Source: Candidatus Omnitrophota bacterium (lineage in GTDB: Bacteria; Omnitrophota; Gorgyraeia; Zapsychrales; JANLHA01). Taken from it: DNA of 64,000 nucleotides. Position numbers and translations under genes: made by a program. Each line of letters opens with the position of its first letter. Position 1 is the first letter of the stretch. The DNA lies in the NCBI GenBank assembly GCA_038222225.1, contig JBBRHV010000007.1, positions 27 to 64,026 of the forward strand. Direction: 5' to 3'. This document shows, one piece after another, positions 10,601-18,932 of this stretch. Under the pieces are notes generated by a model that did not search any database, was not told the origin of the DNA, and saw nothing but the letters and a program-made list of their open reading frames with translations.

Positions 10601-11674
10601 TTACACGATCTGTTCTGCGAACTGCAGAACCTGTTGAACGCTTAATTGTTTCAAGCAATGACGATGCTCACAGCTTGCCACTCGAGACCGTCGATAACAC
10701 GGCCGACAAAAAATTGAAGACGTCGCAACGACCTGCCCGTTTACCGGATACGGCCCATAGACGCGCTGGTCTACCGGTCCAAAAATCGATAAGGTCTGCG
10801 CTCCGGCAGCCACGGCCATATGCAACGGCCCGCCGTCATTGGTCACAACGCAACGGCATTGCGCAAAAAGCGCGGCGCTTTGTCCTAAGGTCGTTTGACC
10901 GGTGATATTGAACACCTTTCCCTGAAGCCGCTCTTCGATTCCTTGCGCCAGCTCCTGCTCCGCAACGCTTCCTACCAGTATAATTTGAGCTTTAAATTTT
11001 TCAACGAATTTATGCGCCAATTCCGCAAAATAGGCGGCCGGCCAGCGTTTTAAATCCGCCTCGCCCCCCCAGGACGCCCCTCCTCCGGGAACAAAGGCAA
11101 ACGCCGTTTGGCCCTGGATCCGATGCTCTTGAAAAAAATCTTTGGCCCAGCGGCGTTCATCCTCCGTCAAAGGAAAAACCATCGGCTTAGGCTCCGGTTC
11201 AATGCCTAAGAATTTTAAAAGATCCAGATAATGTTCCACCACATGTTTACCGCTAAAGCCCTTAAGCGGGATCTTCTGTGTCAAAAACCGCCCCCGTCCT
11301 TTAAAATCAAATCCGACCCGCTCAGGAATTCCGGCCAAGGACATGAACAGGCCCGACTGGCTGTTCAGCGACAGATCAATAACGCAATCGTATTTTTTCC
11401 CGCGGATATCTTCGATGAACTGAACGGCCTTCCTCCAAAATCCGATCTTAGAACGCCGATAGGCCTCTTTGAATTCATCCCGCTCATATACAAACACATC
11501 CGAAATATCCTGATGGTGACGCATGATCTCAGCGGTGCGGGCATTGGCAATAAACCCGATCTGACATTGCGGCATAGCCTGTTTGAGATTCGCGATCAAA
11601 GGCGTGGTGAACAGCACATCCCCGATGCCGAATGTGTTGATGATCAAAATATTCTGATATTGCTTGATGGACAT
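10601..11674 (-). CDS. GT9 family heptosyltransferase (ADP-heptose:LPS heptosyltransferase, RfaF/RfaC-like).
   Basis: Motifs NTFGIGDVLFTTP, FVPGGGASWGGEADLKRWP and TNDGGPLHMAVAAGAQTLSIFGP are typical of GT9. Confidence 0.8.
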   Translation of the reverse strand: MSIKQYQNILIINTFGIGDVLFTTPLIANLKQAMPQCQIGFIANARTAEIMRHHQDISDVFVYERDEFKEAYRRSKIGFWRKAVQFIEDIRGKKYDCVIDLSLNSQSGLFMSLAGIPERVGFDFKGRGRFLTQKIPLKGFSGKHVVEHYLDLLKFLGIEPEPKPMVFPLTEDERRWAKDFFQEHRIQGQTAFAFVPGGGASWGGEADLKRWPAAYFAELAHKFVEKFKAQIILVGSVAEQELAQGIEERLQGKVFNITGQTTLGQSAALFAQCRCVVTNDGGPLHMAVAAGAQTLSIFGPVDQRVYGPYPVNGQVVATSSIFCRPCYRRSRVASCEHRHCLKQLSVQQVLQFAEQIV

Positions 11675-11679
11675 TCGAA

Positions 11680-12471
11680 TCAGTTTCCTTCTTTAACCGA
11701 ACGCAGCAGATTATAATAACCGGAAAGCTTCAAAGCAAAATTGAACGGAATATCCAGGTCATTATTTTTAACTTTCACTCTCTTCAATGCAAAAAGATCC
11801 GTGTTCAACCGCTGAGCCCCCCGGTTCGTCGTAAAGGCCCCCCGATACCCGGCCTCCCGCGCAACGGCCTTGGCCTGTTCTGTGAATCCCCCGACCGGAT
11901 AACATAAAAACCGCACGGCCAGACCCAGATGTTCATCGAGGTCTTGTTTTGAACCGAAGATCTCATCCCGCAGCTGCGCCTCACTTAGATCCGGCAGATA
12001 GGCATGGGTCCGGGTATGGCTGCCGAATGAGATCCCTCCGGCGGCCATCTCCTGGGCCTGCGGCCATGACAAAAGATGCTTGTCCTTATAAACGCTATCC
12101 ATCTTTTGGGTCTGAATAAAAATCGTGACCGGAACCGCGTATTTTTTAAAAATCGGAAATCCCTCCGTATAATTGTCCTCGGTCCCGTCATCAAAGGTGA
12201 TCGCGACCGTTTTAGACGGAAACCCTTTTCCGTTCTCAATGCCGTGGGCCAATTCTTCCAACGAGATCACTTGATAATGGCGCTCTTTTAAATACGCCAT
12301 TTGCCGTTCAAAATGACCGGCTGAAACATACAAAGACCCTTGCCCATCGCCGAGGTAATGATACATCAGGACCGGAACCGTATAGCGGGGCCGAAGCCAT
12401 GCCTGATAAAATGCTCCCAGCCCAACGGCGATCAGCGTGATCGCGATCAAAAACGAACGTGATTTTCTCAT
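11680..12471 (-). CDS. Polysaccharide deacetylase (CE4 / NodB-homology) with an N-terminal TM anchor.
   Basis: The NodB motifs VPVLMYHYL and ITFDDGTEDNY are present. Confidence 0.75.
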   Translation of the reverse strand: MRKSRSFLIAITLIAVGLGAFYQAWLRPRYTVPVLMYHYLGDGQGSLYVSAGHFERQMAYLKERHYQVISLEELAHGIENGKGFPSKTVAITFDDGTEDNYTEGFPIFKKYAVPVTIFIQTQKMDSVYKDKHLLSWPQAQEMAAGGISFGSHTRTHAYLPDLSEAQLRDEIFGSKQDLDEHLGLAVRFLCYPVGGFTEQAKAVAREAGYRGAFTTNRGAQRLNTDLFALKRVKVKNNDLDIPFNFALKLSGYYNLLRSVKEGN

Positions 12472-12483
12472 CGAAGCAAACCC

Positions 12484-13650
12484 TTACAGATGTGTTTCCA
12501 GAAATTTCCCGACTGTCTCTGCGACATACTCCAGCTGAGGCAGTTCAATGTCCTGATGAATGCCGATATGCGTGCCGTGATCAGAACAGTATTCCGCTTC
12601 CGGAAAATCACCGAGTTGATGGCCGAGAAACGCATAGCTGGGGCATTGGGTCGGCATCGAATAAAAAAGGTTGCGGGAATCAACGCCCTGACCGTCCAAA
12701 TAACGGACGAACTGTTCTTTGGTGAATTTCAGGCCGGGCTTTAAAATGATCGAAAACGCGTGCGGTCCGATCTTTTCTCCTTCTTCTTCACGAATATAAA
12801 TAAAATATTCCTCGAACTTTTTGAACCGTTCGATCAGATACAATAAGTTGCGGCGGCGTTTTTCAAAGATCTGATGAAAGATATGGATGTTGCCTAAACC
12901 GACCGCGGCCTCGATCTCATTCATCTTGGAGGAAAACCCGATGCGCTTAAAATCAAATTTGTTCACCATCCCATGATTGCGCAACGACCTTAGCGCCTCT
13001 GCCTTCTGCGGGTCGTCGGTGATGACCATTCCTCCTTCAATGCTGGTAATGATGTGCGCCGCATACAGACTGAAGGCCGCCATATCTCCGATGGTTCCGG
13101 CTAAGCGGCCATGGTATTCTGCTCCGTGGGCTTCGGCCGTATCTTCAACGACCAACAGATGCTGCTTTCTTGCGATCGCCATGATCGCGTCCATCGCGGC
13201 AGGTTTCCCCATCAGATGAACCGGCATAATGGCGCGCGTGCGCTCCGTGATCGCGGCCTCAATTTTTTCAGGATCGATATTGAGCGTCTCGCGTTTGACA
13301 TCCACAAAGACCGGCGTCAGTCCGGCCTGAAAAACCGCATTACCGGTCGCGACAAACGATAACGCCGGAACGATCACCTCATCGCCGCGCCGAGCGCCGT
13401 AATCATAAACAACGGCCAGCGCCAGGGCGTCGGCATCGGTGCCACTGGAAACCGCAACCGCCTCCTTGACCTTAAACAGATCCGCAAAAGCCCGCTCGAA
13501 TTCACGCACGATCTTGCCGTTGGTGACAAAGGTTTCATCCAACGCGTTCTTGATCAGCGCTCGCGCTTCGTCGGTGATTGAAACTGTCCCGAAGGGAACC
13601 TTGTAGCCCGCCTTCGTTTCCACACTTTGATTGGCACGCGCGTCTTTCAT
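12484..13650 (-). CDS. DegT-family enzyme with the PLP lysine replaced by histidine (FSLYAAHIITSIEGG). It is predicted to be a ColD/E1-like PMP-dependent NDP-4-keto-6-deoxy-sugar 3-dehydratase rather than an aminotransferase.
   Basis: Aligned against the paralogue at 9482-10585, Lys in FSFYPTK aligns with His in FSLYAAH. The Lys-to-His change is the known signature of ColD and AscC-type 3-dehydratases. The protein has few Cys, so it is not an Fe-S E1 type. Confidence 0.7.
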   Translation of the reverse strand: MKDARANQSVETKAGYKVPFGTVSITDEARALIKNALDETFVTNGKIVREFERAFADLFKVKEAVAVSSGTDADALALAVVYDYGARRGDEVIVPALSFVATGNAVFQAGLTPVFVDVKRETLNIDPEKIEAAITERTRAIMPVHLMGKPAAMDAIMAIARKQHLLVVEDTAEAHGAEYHGRLAGTIGDMAAFSLYAAHIITSIEGGMVITDDPQKAEALRSLRNHGMVNKFDFKRIGFSSKMNEIEAAVGLGNIHIFHQIFEKRRRNLLYLIERFKKFEEYFIYIREEEGEKIGPHAFSIILKPGLKFTKEQFVRYLDGQGVDSRNLFYSMPTQCPSYAFLGHQLGDFPEAEYCSDHGTHIGIHQDIELPQLEYVAETVGKFLETHL

Positions 13651-14369
13651 GGCTGATCATCCTTTCGAAATTCCTGCCGCGCCTGCTGCAGGCGGTCAGG
13701 AGTGCCGATATCTAAAAATCCCGATTCAACCGGATAGGCGAACACCCCACTGTCTAAAATCTTTGGAAAAAACTGCGTTTCAACAGAAAACTTCTCCTCC
13801 GCCGGCATCAGCTCAAAAGCCCGCGGCTCAAAACAATATAGACCGACGCTGACAAATCCTGTGGTTAACGTTTTTTCTTTTTCGCGGAAAGAAACCACCC
13901 GCTGCTTTGCGTCAAATTCAACTGTGCCGTAATCCTGCGCGTCTTCTCTCGAACAGACCGCCAAGGTAACGATGCCCTTTTGGGAATCATGAAAGCGCAG
14001 CATATCAGCGATCGGTATATCAAAAAGGCAATCGCCGTTCATGATGATCCATTTCTTGGCCTGAGCGAATGATTGCGCGAACTTGATCGCGCCGCCCGTG
14101 CCTAACGGATACGGCTCGCGGGAAATCTCAATCTCCAATCCAAAGTCATGCTGACGCGCCACCTGCTCGATCTGTTCGGCGCCGAAGCCGGCGGCCAACA
14201 CCACATGCCTGGCCCCCTGGCGTTTTAAGCGTTCCAGCTGGATCGCCAAAAAAGGGCGGCCGCCGATGTCGACCGCAACTTTCTGCTTTTCTCCGATCGT
14301 CGAACGCAGCCGCGTGCCCAGCCCCCCGCACAAGATCAGCACATCAATATCTAAGACGTCTGTCGGCAT
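13647..14369 (-). CDS. hddC: Sugar-phosphate nucleotidyltransferase, HddC-like (D-glycero-alpha-D-manno-heptose-1-phosphate guanylyltransferase family).
   Basis: The motif LILCGGLGTRLRS (G-x-G-T-R) and a GlmU-N-like fold are present. It directly abuts the GHMP kinase. Confidence 0.65.
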   Translation of the reverse strand: MPTDVLDIDVLILCGGLGTRLRSTIGEKQKVAVDIGGRPFLAIQLERLKRQGARHVVLAAGFGAEQIEQVARQHDFGLEIEISREPYPLGTGGAIKFAQSFAQAKKWIIMNGDCLFDIPIADMLRFHDSQKGIVTLAVCSREDAQDYGTVEFDAKQRVVSFREKEKTLTTGFVSVGLYCFEPRAFELMPAEEKFSVETQFFPKILDSGVFAYPVESGFLDIGTPDRLQQARQEFRKDDQP

Positions 14370-15368
14370 CTAAACCACTTTCCCGGTATTGGGTTGATAA
14401 AAAATGATCTGCGACCCCGCATCCTCAAACTTGATCGGCACCTGCAAATATTTCTTGAGCGCCTGGCGCACCTGCGGCTGACGCTCCGGCGGAACGAAGA
14501 GAAGCACAAACCCTCCTCCGCCTGCGCCCAGCAGTTTCCCGCCTAAGGCCCCATTTTTCATCGCGGCTTCATACATGGCATCAATTTCAGGAGTGGCGAT
14601 CTTATCAGACAGCGACTTTTTCAGTTTCCAGCTTTCATCCAAAAGACGCCCAAAATCATTCAGCTCTCCATGATTAAGAATTTCCAGCGATTGAACAGCC
14701 ATCTCATACATCGTTTGCAATTCGGCTGTTCGGGCAGGAATATTACGAATTTGATGCTCGGCAATTTTAGAAGCCAGGCGCGAAAATCCGGTAAAAAATA
14801 TCATCAGATGATCCTGCAGGTTCTGGATCTTTTCTTTTCCAACAGTGACCTGCCTGACCTTCAAATGATTGTCGCCGCCGAATTCAATAAAATTAAAACC
14901 TCCGTGAGCGACCAGCGTCTGATCCTGACAACCGACAATATCCTTGCAAAGGTCCTGCTCAATATGAATGGCCTCGCGCGCCAACTGATCTTTGGTCGGC
15001 ATCGTGCCCAGAAGGGCATATAAAGAGTTGAGCAGTCCCACCGTGAAAGAAGAGCTGGAGCCCAATCCTGTGCGCGCCGGAAGGTCCCCGTCATGATGGA
15101 TCTCGATCCCCTCCTGAATCTTCAAGAACCGCAAAACCTCGCGCACGGCCGGATGGTCAATGTCGTCAATCGCCTGGACAAGTTCGATCTGTGAATACAT
15201 GATCCGTGATTTATGTTCAAAAAACGGCGGCAGGTAGCGGCAGGTGATATAACAATATTTATCGATGGTGGTGGCCAGAACCGCCCCTTTGTGATCTTGG
15301 AACCAATCCGGATAATCCGTTCCTCCACCGAAAAATGACACCCGAAATGGCGTGCGGCTAATAATCAT
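14370..15368 (-). CDS. hddA: GHMP kinase, HddA-like (D-glycero-alpha-D-manno-heptose 7-phosphate kinase).
   Basis: The N-terminus MIISRTPFRVSFFGGGTDYP is characteristic of heptose-7-P kinases. The GHMP ATP motif GLGSSSS is present. Confidence 0.65.
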   Translation of the reverse strand: MIISRTPFRVSFFGGGTDYPDWFQDHKGAVLATTIDKYCYITCRYLPPFFEHKSRIMYSQIELVQAIDDIDHPAVREVLRFLKIQEGIEIHHDGDLPARTGLGSSSSFTVGLLNSLYALLGTMPTKDQLAREAIHIEQDLCKDIVGCQDQTLVAHGGFNFIEFGGDNHLKVRQVTVGKEKIQNLQDHLMIFFTGFSRLASKIAEHQIRNIPARTAELQTMYEMAVQSLEILNHGELNDFGRLLDESWKLKKSLSDKIATPEIDAMYEAAMKNGALGGKLLGAGGGGFVLLFVPPERQPQVRQALKKYLQVPIKFEDAGSQIIFYQPNTGKVV

Positions 15369-16869
15369 ATCCTGCCTCCTCTAAAATCCTTCGTTTGAGT
15401 TTGATCTGAGTCGAACGCAATGTTTCATCCACGGCCAGCTGCCCGAATTTTTCTTTGAGCATCCCCAAAAATTTCGGATTCGTATGATAGATCATCCAGG
15501 CTTTGTCCCGAAACGCCAGAACCTCCTCGGCGCTCAGATGTTTGGTCGGCAACGGCTGCGCGTCATACGAATGCTGTGAAAATCCGGCATAGCTCCGGGG
15601 GAGTTTCCACCCTTCACGGATGGCCAAGCCATACAGCGGGCTTCCCGGATAAGCCATCGCGCAATAAAAATTCGCCATTTCTGTGTTTAACCTCATGGCC
15701 AGGTCCAGCGTCTCCTGCATACTCTGCCGATCATCTTCCGGCAGCCCAAAAATATAATTGGCGGCGACCGATATTCCGCTATTCCGGATCATCCGGACAA
15801 CGTCCTCGATGTCCACCTCTTCAAAGCGCCCCTTGGCGACACTGCGGCGGACGCGTGTATTTCCGCTTTCAATGCCCAGGGACAAAAAATTGATCCCGGC
15901 CCGTTTCATGATGTCCAAATATTCACCGCGGATCATATCCACCCGGGCGTAACACCAGATGTTGAAATCATATCCGCGCTCAATGATCAGTTCGCACAAT
16001 TTTAAAAAATGCTCTTTTTTAAAAACAAAAAGTTCATCGGCAATTTTGATATTCCTGATTCCCATTTTGGCGAAACGCTCGAAATCCCGGATAATGAATT
16101 CCGGGTCCCAGTGACGGAAAACCGCGCTTCCGTCCGAATAGATGTTTTCCTGACGGTTGATGATGTTGATCATACAGAACGAGCACTTCATGGGACACCC
16201 TAAACTCGTATAGATCGAAACAAACGGCTCACGCACACAGTCATTGGGGAGCGCGTGCCACAACGCCGTGCGGTAACGCTCCATCGGCAAAAGGTCCCAA
16301 GCCACGCCGGGCAGCTCACGCTCCAAATCCTGCTGCGCAACGATGGCAGACGGCGAATTAAGGATCATGCGCTCGCCGTCCCTCCAGCCTAAACCGCGGA
16401 CCTCCCCAAGGCTTAAAGAGAGGTCGGTTGCCAAAAGAGCGGAGATCGTATACACGCCCTCGTTTTGGCAGACAAAATCAATGCACCCGTGCTTCTCCAA
16501 GGTTTCATACGGTAAAGCCGCCACATGCGCGCCCACAAAAAGAATTTTTTGATCCAAAGCAGCGGAGCGCAATTTCTCCGCCAGGCGCAACGCGCCTTCC
16601 ATATTCTGCGTGGAAGCGCTGGGATGCTGCCCGTAAATCACAAAGGCCGCCAATCGAGGACGCGCTTCCATGATCCGCTGAATCGCTTCTTCGTCGCTTA
16701 GCTGCAGTGCTTCAGTATCCAGAATGTTTGTGACGAAGCCGTGCAAACGGACATGACCGGCAAGCATCCCGGCCCAAAGCGGCGGTTCGATCGCTGAATA
16801 GGCCTTATTTAAATCCTGATAAATAATTTCAGCGGCATTCGCATGTATGAAAAGAATATCTAACGGCAT
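15358..16869 (-). CDS. B12-binding radical SAM enzyme (class B rSAM; candidate C-methyltransferase or sugar-modifying rSAM).
   Basis: An N-terminal B12-binding domain is followed by the radical SAM core with CPMKCSFC (CX3CX2C). It is the first gene after intergenic repeat island 1. Confidence 0.75.
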   Translation of the reverse strand: MPLDILFIHANAAEIIYQDLNKAYSAIEPPLWAGMLAGHVRLHGFVTNILDTEALQLSDEEAIQRIMEARPRLAAFVIYGQHPSASTQNMEGALRLAEKLRSAALDQKILFVGAHVAALPYETLEKHGCIDFVCQNEGVYTISALLATDLSLSLGEVRGLGWRDGERMILNSPSAIVAQQDLERELPGVAWDLLPMERYRTALWHALPNDCVREPFVSIYTSLGCPMKCSFCMINIINRQENIYSDGSAVFRHWDPEFIIRDFERFAKMGIRNIKIADELFVFKKEHFLKLCELIIERGYDFNIWCYARVDMIRGEYLDIMKRAGINFLSLGIESGNTRVRRSVAKGRFEEVDIEDVVRMIRNSGISVAANYIFGLPEDDRQSMQETLDLAMRLNTEMANFYCAMAYPGSPLYGLAIREGWKLPRSYAGFSQHSYDAQPLPTKHLSAEEVLAFRDKAWMIYHTNPKFLGMLKEKFGQLAVDETLRSTQIKLKRRILEEAGYDY

Positions 16870-16924
16870 GATCCATTAACCTTCATAATGACACTAAGGC
16901 ACTAAAAAAATCAAAAAGAAATAA

Positions 16925-16966
16925 AATGTGTTTCAATGTGTTTCAATGTATTTCAATGTATTTCAG
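16925..16966. repeat. Tandem 10-bp repeats TTTCAATGTR, about 4 copies. On the minus strand this is the same unit (ACATTGAAAY) as in the 27891-27970 array.
   Basis: Read directly: gtgtttcaatgtgtttcaatgtatttcaatgtatttcag. Confidence 0.8.
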
Positions 16967-16995
16967 TTATATTTCGTTCATCTTTAGTTGTCTAT

Positions 16996-17030
16996 TGTTC
17001 TTTGTTTCTTGTTTCTTGTTTCTTGTTTCT
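16996..17030. repeat. Tandem heptamer TTGTTTC x5.
   Basis: Read directly: ttgttctttgtttcttgtttcttgtttcttgtttc. The island is flanked by the inverted repeats CACTAAGGCA (16892-16901) and TGCCTTAGTG (17044-17053). Confidence 0.7.
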
Positions 17031-17063
17031 CTAGTGTCTCAATGCCTTAGTGCCCTACAATTT

Positions 17064-17996
17064 TTATATATTCGCATACTGACTGCGCTTAATAATCTTA
17101 TACGCCTTGATCAATTCCGCAATGCCGGCCTGCAGCGAATGGTCCGGCTTAAATCCAGCAGCCTCGATCTTCGCGTTGGAAACAATATAATCCCGTTTGT
17201 CCGGATCTTCGTTGATGTCTGACTCAACAAAATAAAAATCCGGGATCACTTTTTTGATCTCTTCGCAAAGCTGCCACTTGCTTAAATTGGCGTCACTCAA
17301 ACCGACGTTATACGCTTCATTTTTCATCGCGTCAAAATGGTTCAGCCCATAAGAAAAAGCCTTGGCGACGTCGCGCACATGAATAAAATTCCGGCGGAAT
17401 TTCGCTTCAAAAATAACCAGGTAACGGTCATAGACAGCCCGGTAGGTAAAATCATTCACTAAAAGGTCCAGTCGCATGCGCGGGCTGACCCCAAACGCCG
17501 TTGCCAACCGCAATGTGATGGCGTTTCCGTCTTGAAGAATAGATTCTTCCGCCTCAACTTTCAGCTGACCATATAATGAGACCGGCCTCAATGGCGTCTG
17601 CTCCGTGCAAAGTTTGTCTCTCTCTCCTATGCCATAACCGCTATTGGTCGTTGGATAAATAATGATCTGGTTTTTACTGCGCAGTTTTAAGATCATCTGT
17701 ACTGCGCCAACGATCACGCCGCGCGCAGCATCCGGATCGGTCGCGCACAAAGGCGCCCCTGTTAGGCACGCCAGAGGAAAGACCGCGTCGGCCGTCTTCA
17801 TCAGGCGCTGCATCAACGAAGAATCCCTGGCATCTCCCCGCACAATATCCAAGTTGGGATTCACGCAGCAATCCAGCAACGAGCTCTGCTTATACATAAA
17901 ATTATCCACAACCGTAACGGTGTGGCCTTCCTCAAGAAAACGGGGAACCAGAACCGAACCAATATAACCGGCCCCGCCGGTGATCAAGATTTTCAT
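17064..17996 (-). CDS. NAD-dependent epimerase/dehydratase (extended SDR) with an intact GGAGYIGS, catalytic Ser and YGQLK.
   Basis: The Rossmann motif MKILITGGAGYIGS is present. TNSGYG and YGQLK form the S/YxxxK triad. Confidence 0.8.
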   Translation of the reverse strand: MKILITGGAGYIGSVLVPRFLEEGHTVTVVDNFMYKQSSLLDCCVNPNLDIVRGDARDSSLMQRLMKTADAVFPLACLTGAPLCATDPDAARGVIVGAVQMILKLRSKNQIIIYPTTNSGYGIGERDKLCTEQTPLRPVSLYGQLKVEAEESILQDGNAITLRLATAFGVSPRMRLDLLVNDFTYRAVYDRYLVIFEAKFRRNFIHVRDVAKAFSYGLNHFDAMKNEAYNVGLSDANLSKWQLCEEIKKVIPDFYFVESDINEDPDKRDYIVSNAKIEAAGFKPDHSLQAGIAELIKAYKIIKRSQYANI

Positions 17997-18928
17997 ATCA
18001 AAAGTCCTTTTTTAAGTGCTGCCTCCCAAAGACGGACCAGGCCTTCGCGCAGCACAGTCTTGGCCATCCATCCCCTCGTCTGTATCGGGCTGACCTCCAG
18101 CAATCTCTGGAAATCTTCATCCTGGATTTTTTCGTCATATTCGATCGTTCCTTCGAATCCGGAAATATCCCGGATCATTTCCGCTAAATCCCGGGTCGCA
18201 ATATCCACCCCGGATCCAATGTTGATCGGCTCCGCCTCCTCGTAGTGACGCATTAAAAACTCACAGGCACTGGCGAAATCCTCTGAGAACAAAAATTCCC
18301 TGCGGATATCAGGATTTTTTAAAACACGGACCTTCTCCCGTCGGTCAGCCGCCGCCTGAATAAAAAGCTCAACCAGATCAGACAAAAAACCACTTTGATC
18401 ATCACCCTCTTCTTTGCGCGGACCATAAATAGACGGCGCAATGGCAACCACCGCATTAAAGCGATACTGCAGACGGTAAGCCTCACACATCGCGATTCCG
18501 GCGATCTGACTGATCGCGCTGGATTGACTCTGTGGATCCAACGGTCCGGTGACAACATAATCTTCTCTCATCGGCTGAGGGCATTGGCGGGGATACACAT
18601 CAGAGTCCGCCAGATAAAGCAGCTTTTTTGAGCCTAAACGATAGGCCGCATCTATGATCTGCGTCTGGCTCATCATGTTCATAAGAAAATATTCTGCCGG
18701 ACGATGCGGCGGCTTAGCCGTGTCTTGAGAAGCCAACGAATCCAAGATCACGTACTCCGGCTGATAATCCTTAAAAAAATCATCCACGGCCTGGCGGTTT
18801 AACGTGTCCAGATCAACCGCCCCTGCCGTTAACAGGCGCCGATAACCTTCGGCTTCGAAATATTCAATGATCGCCTGTTCTTTAGCCTCCTGATGTCCGG
18901 CAATGAAAATAGTGGCTTCATGATCCAT
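17993..18928 (-). CDS. GDP-L-fucose synthase (Fcl/GMER) homologue with a degenerate active site. It lacks the GxxGxxG, the Ser/Tyr/Lys triad and the Cys. It is a probable pseudoenzyme or non-catalytic partner.
   Basis: It aligns with E. coli Fcl along its whole length (IFIAGH, AVDDFF, FLMNMMSQTQIIDAA, QPMRED, QIAGIAMCEAYRLQY, NIGSGVDIATRDLAEMI, RLLEVSPIQTRGW). However GHRGMVGSA is replaced by GHQEAKEQA, LGSSC by LADSD, and PYAIAK by SSAISQ. It has a 4-nt overlap with the downstream SDR gene. Confidence 0.7.
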   Translation of the reverse strand: MDHEATIFIAGHQEAKEQAIIEYFEAEGYRRLLTAGAVDLDTLNRQAVDDFFKDYQPEYVILDSLASQDTAKPPHRPAEYFLMNMMSQTQIIDAAYRLGSKKLLYLADSDVYPRQCPQPMREDYVVTGPLDPQSQSSAISQIAGIAMCEAYRLQYRFNAVVAIAPSIYGPRKEEGDDQSGFLSDLVELFIQAAADRREKVRVLKNPDIRREFLFSEDFASACEFLMRHYEEAEPINIGSGVDIATRDLAEMIRDISGFEGTIEYDEKIQDEDFQRLLEVSPIQTRGWMAKTVLREGLVRLWEAALKKGLLI

Positions 18929-18932
18929 ATTC

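Noticed and set aside
16870-16925. A sigma-70 promoter for the rSAM-hddA-hddC half of the operon inside repeat island 1.
   Set aside because: Only poor -35/-10 candidates (TTGATT-N18-CATTAT) and a weak RBS were found. Read-through from upstream cannot be excluded, so it is not reported as a feature.
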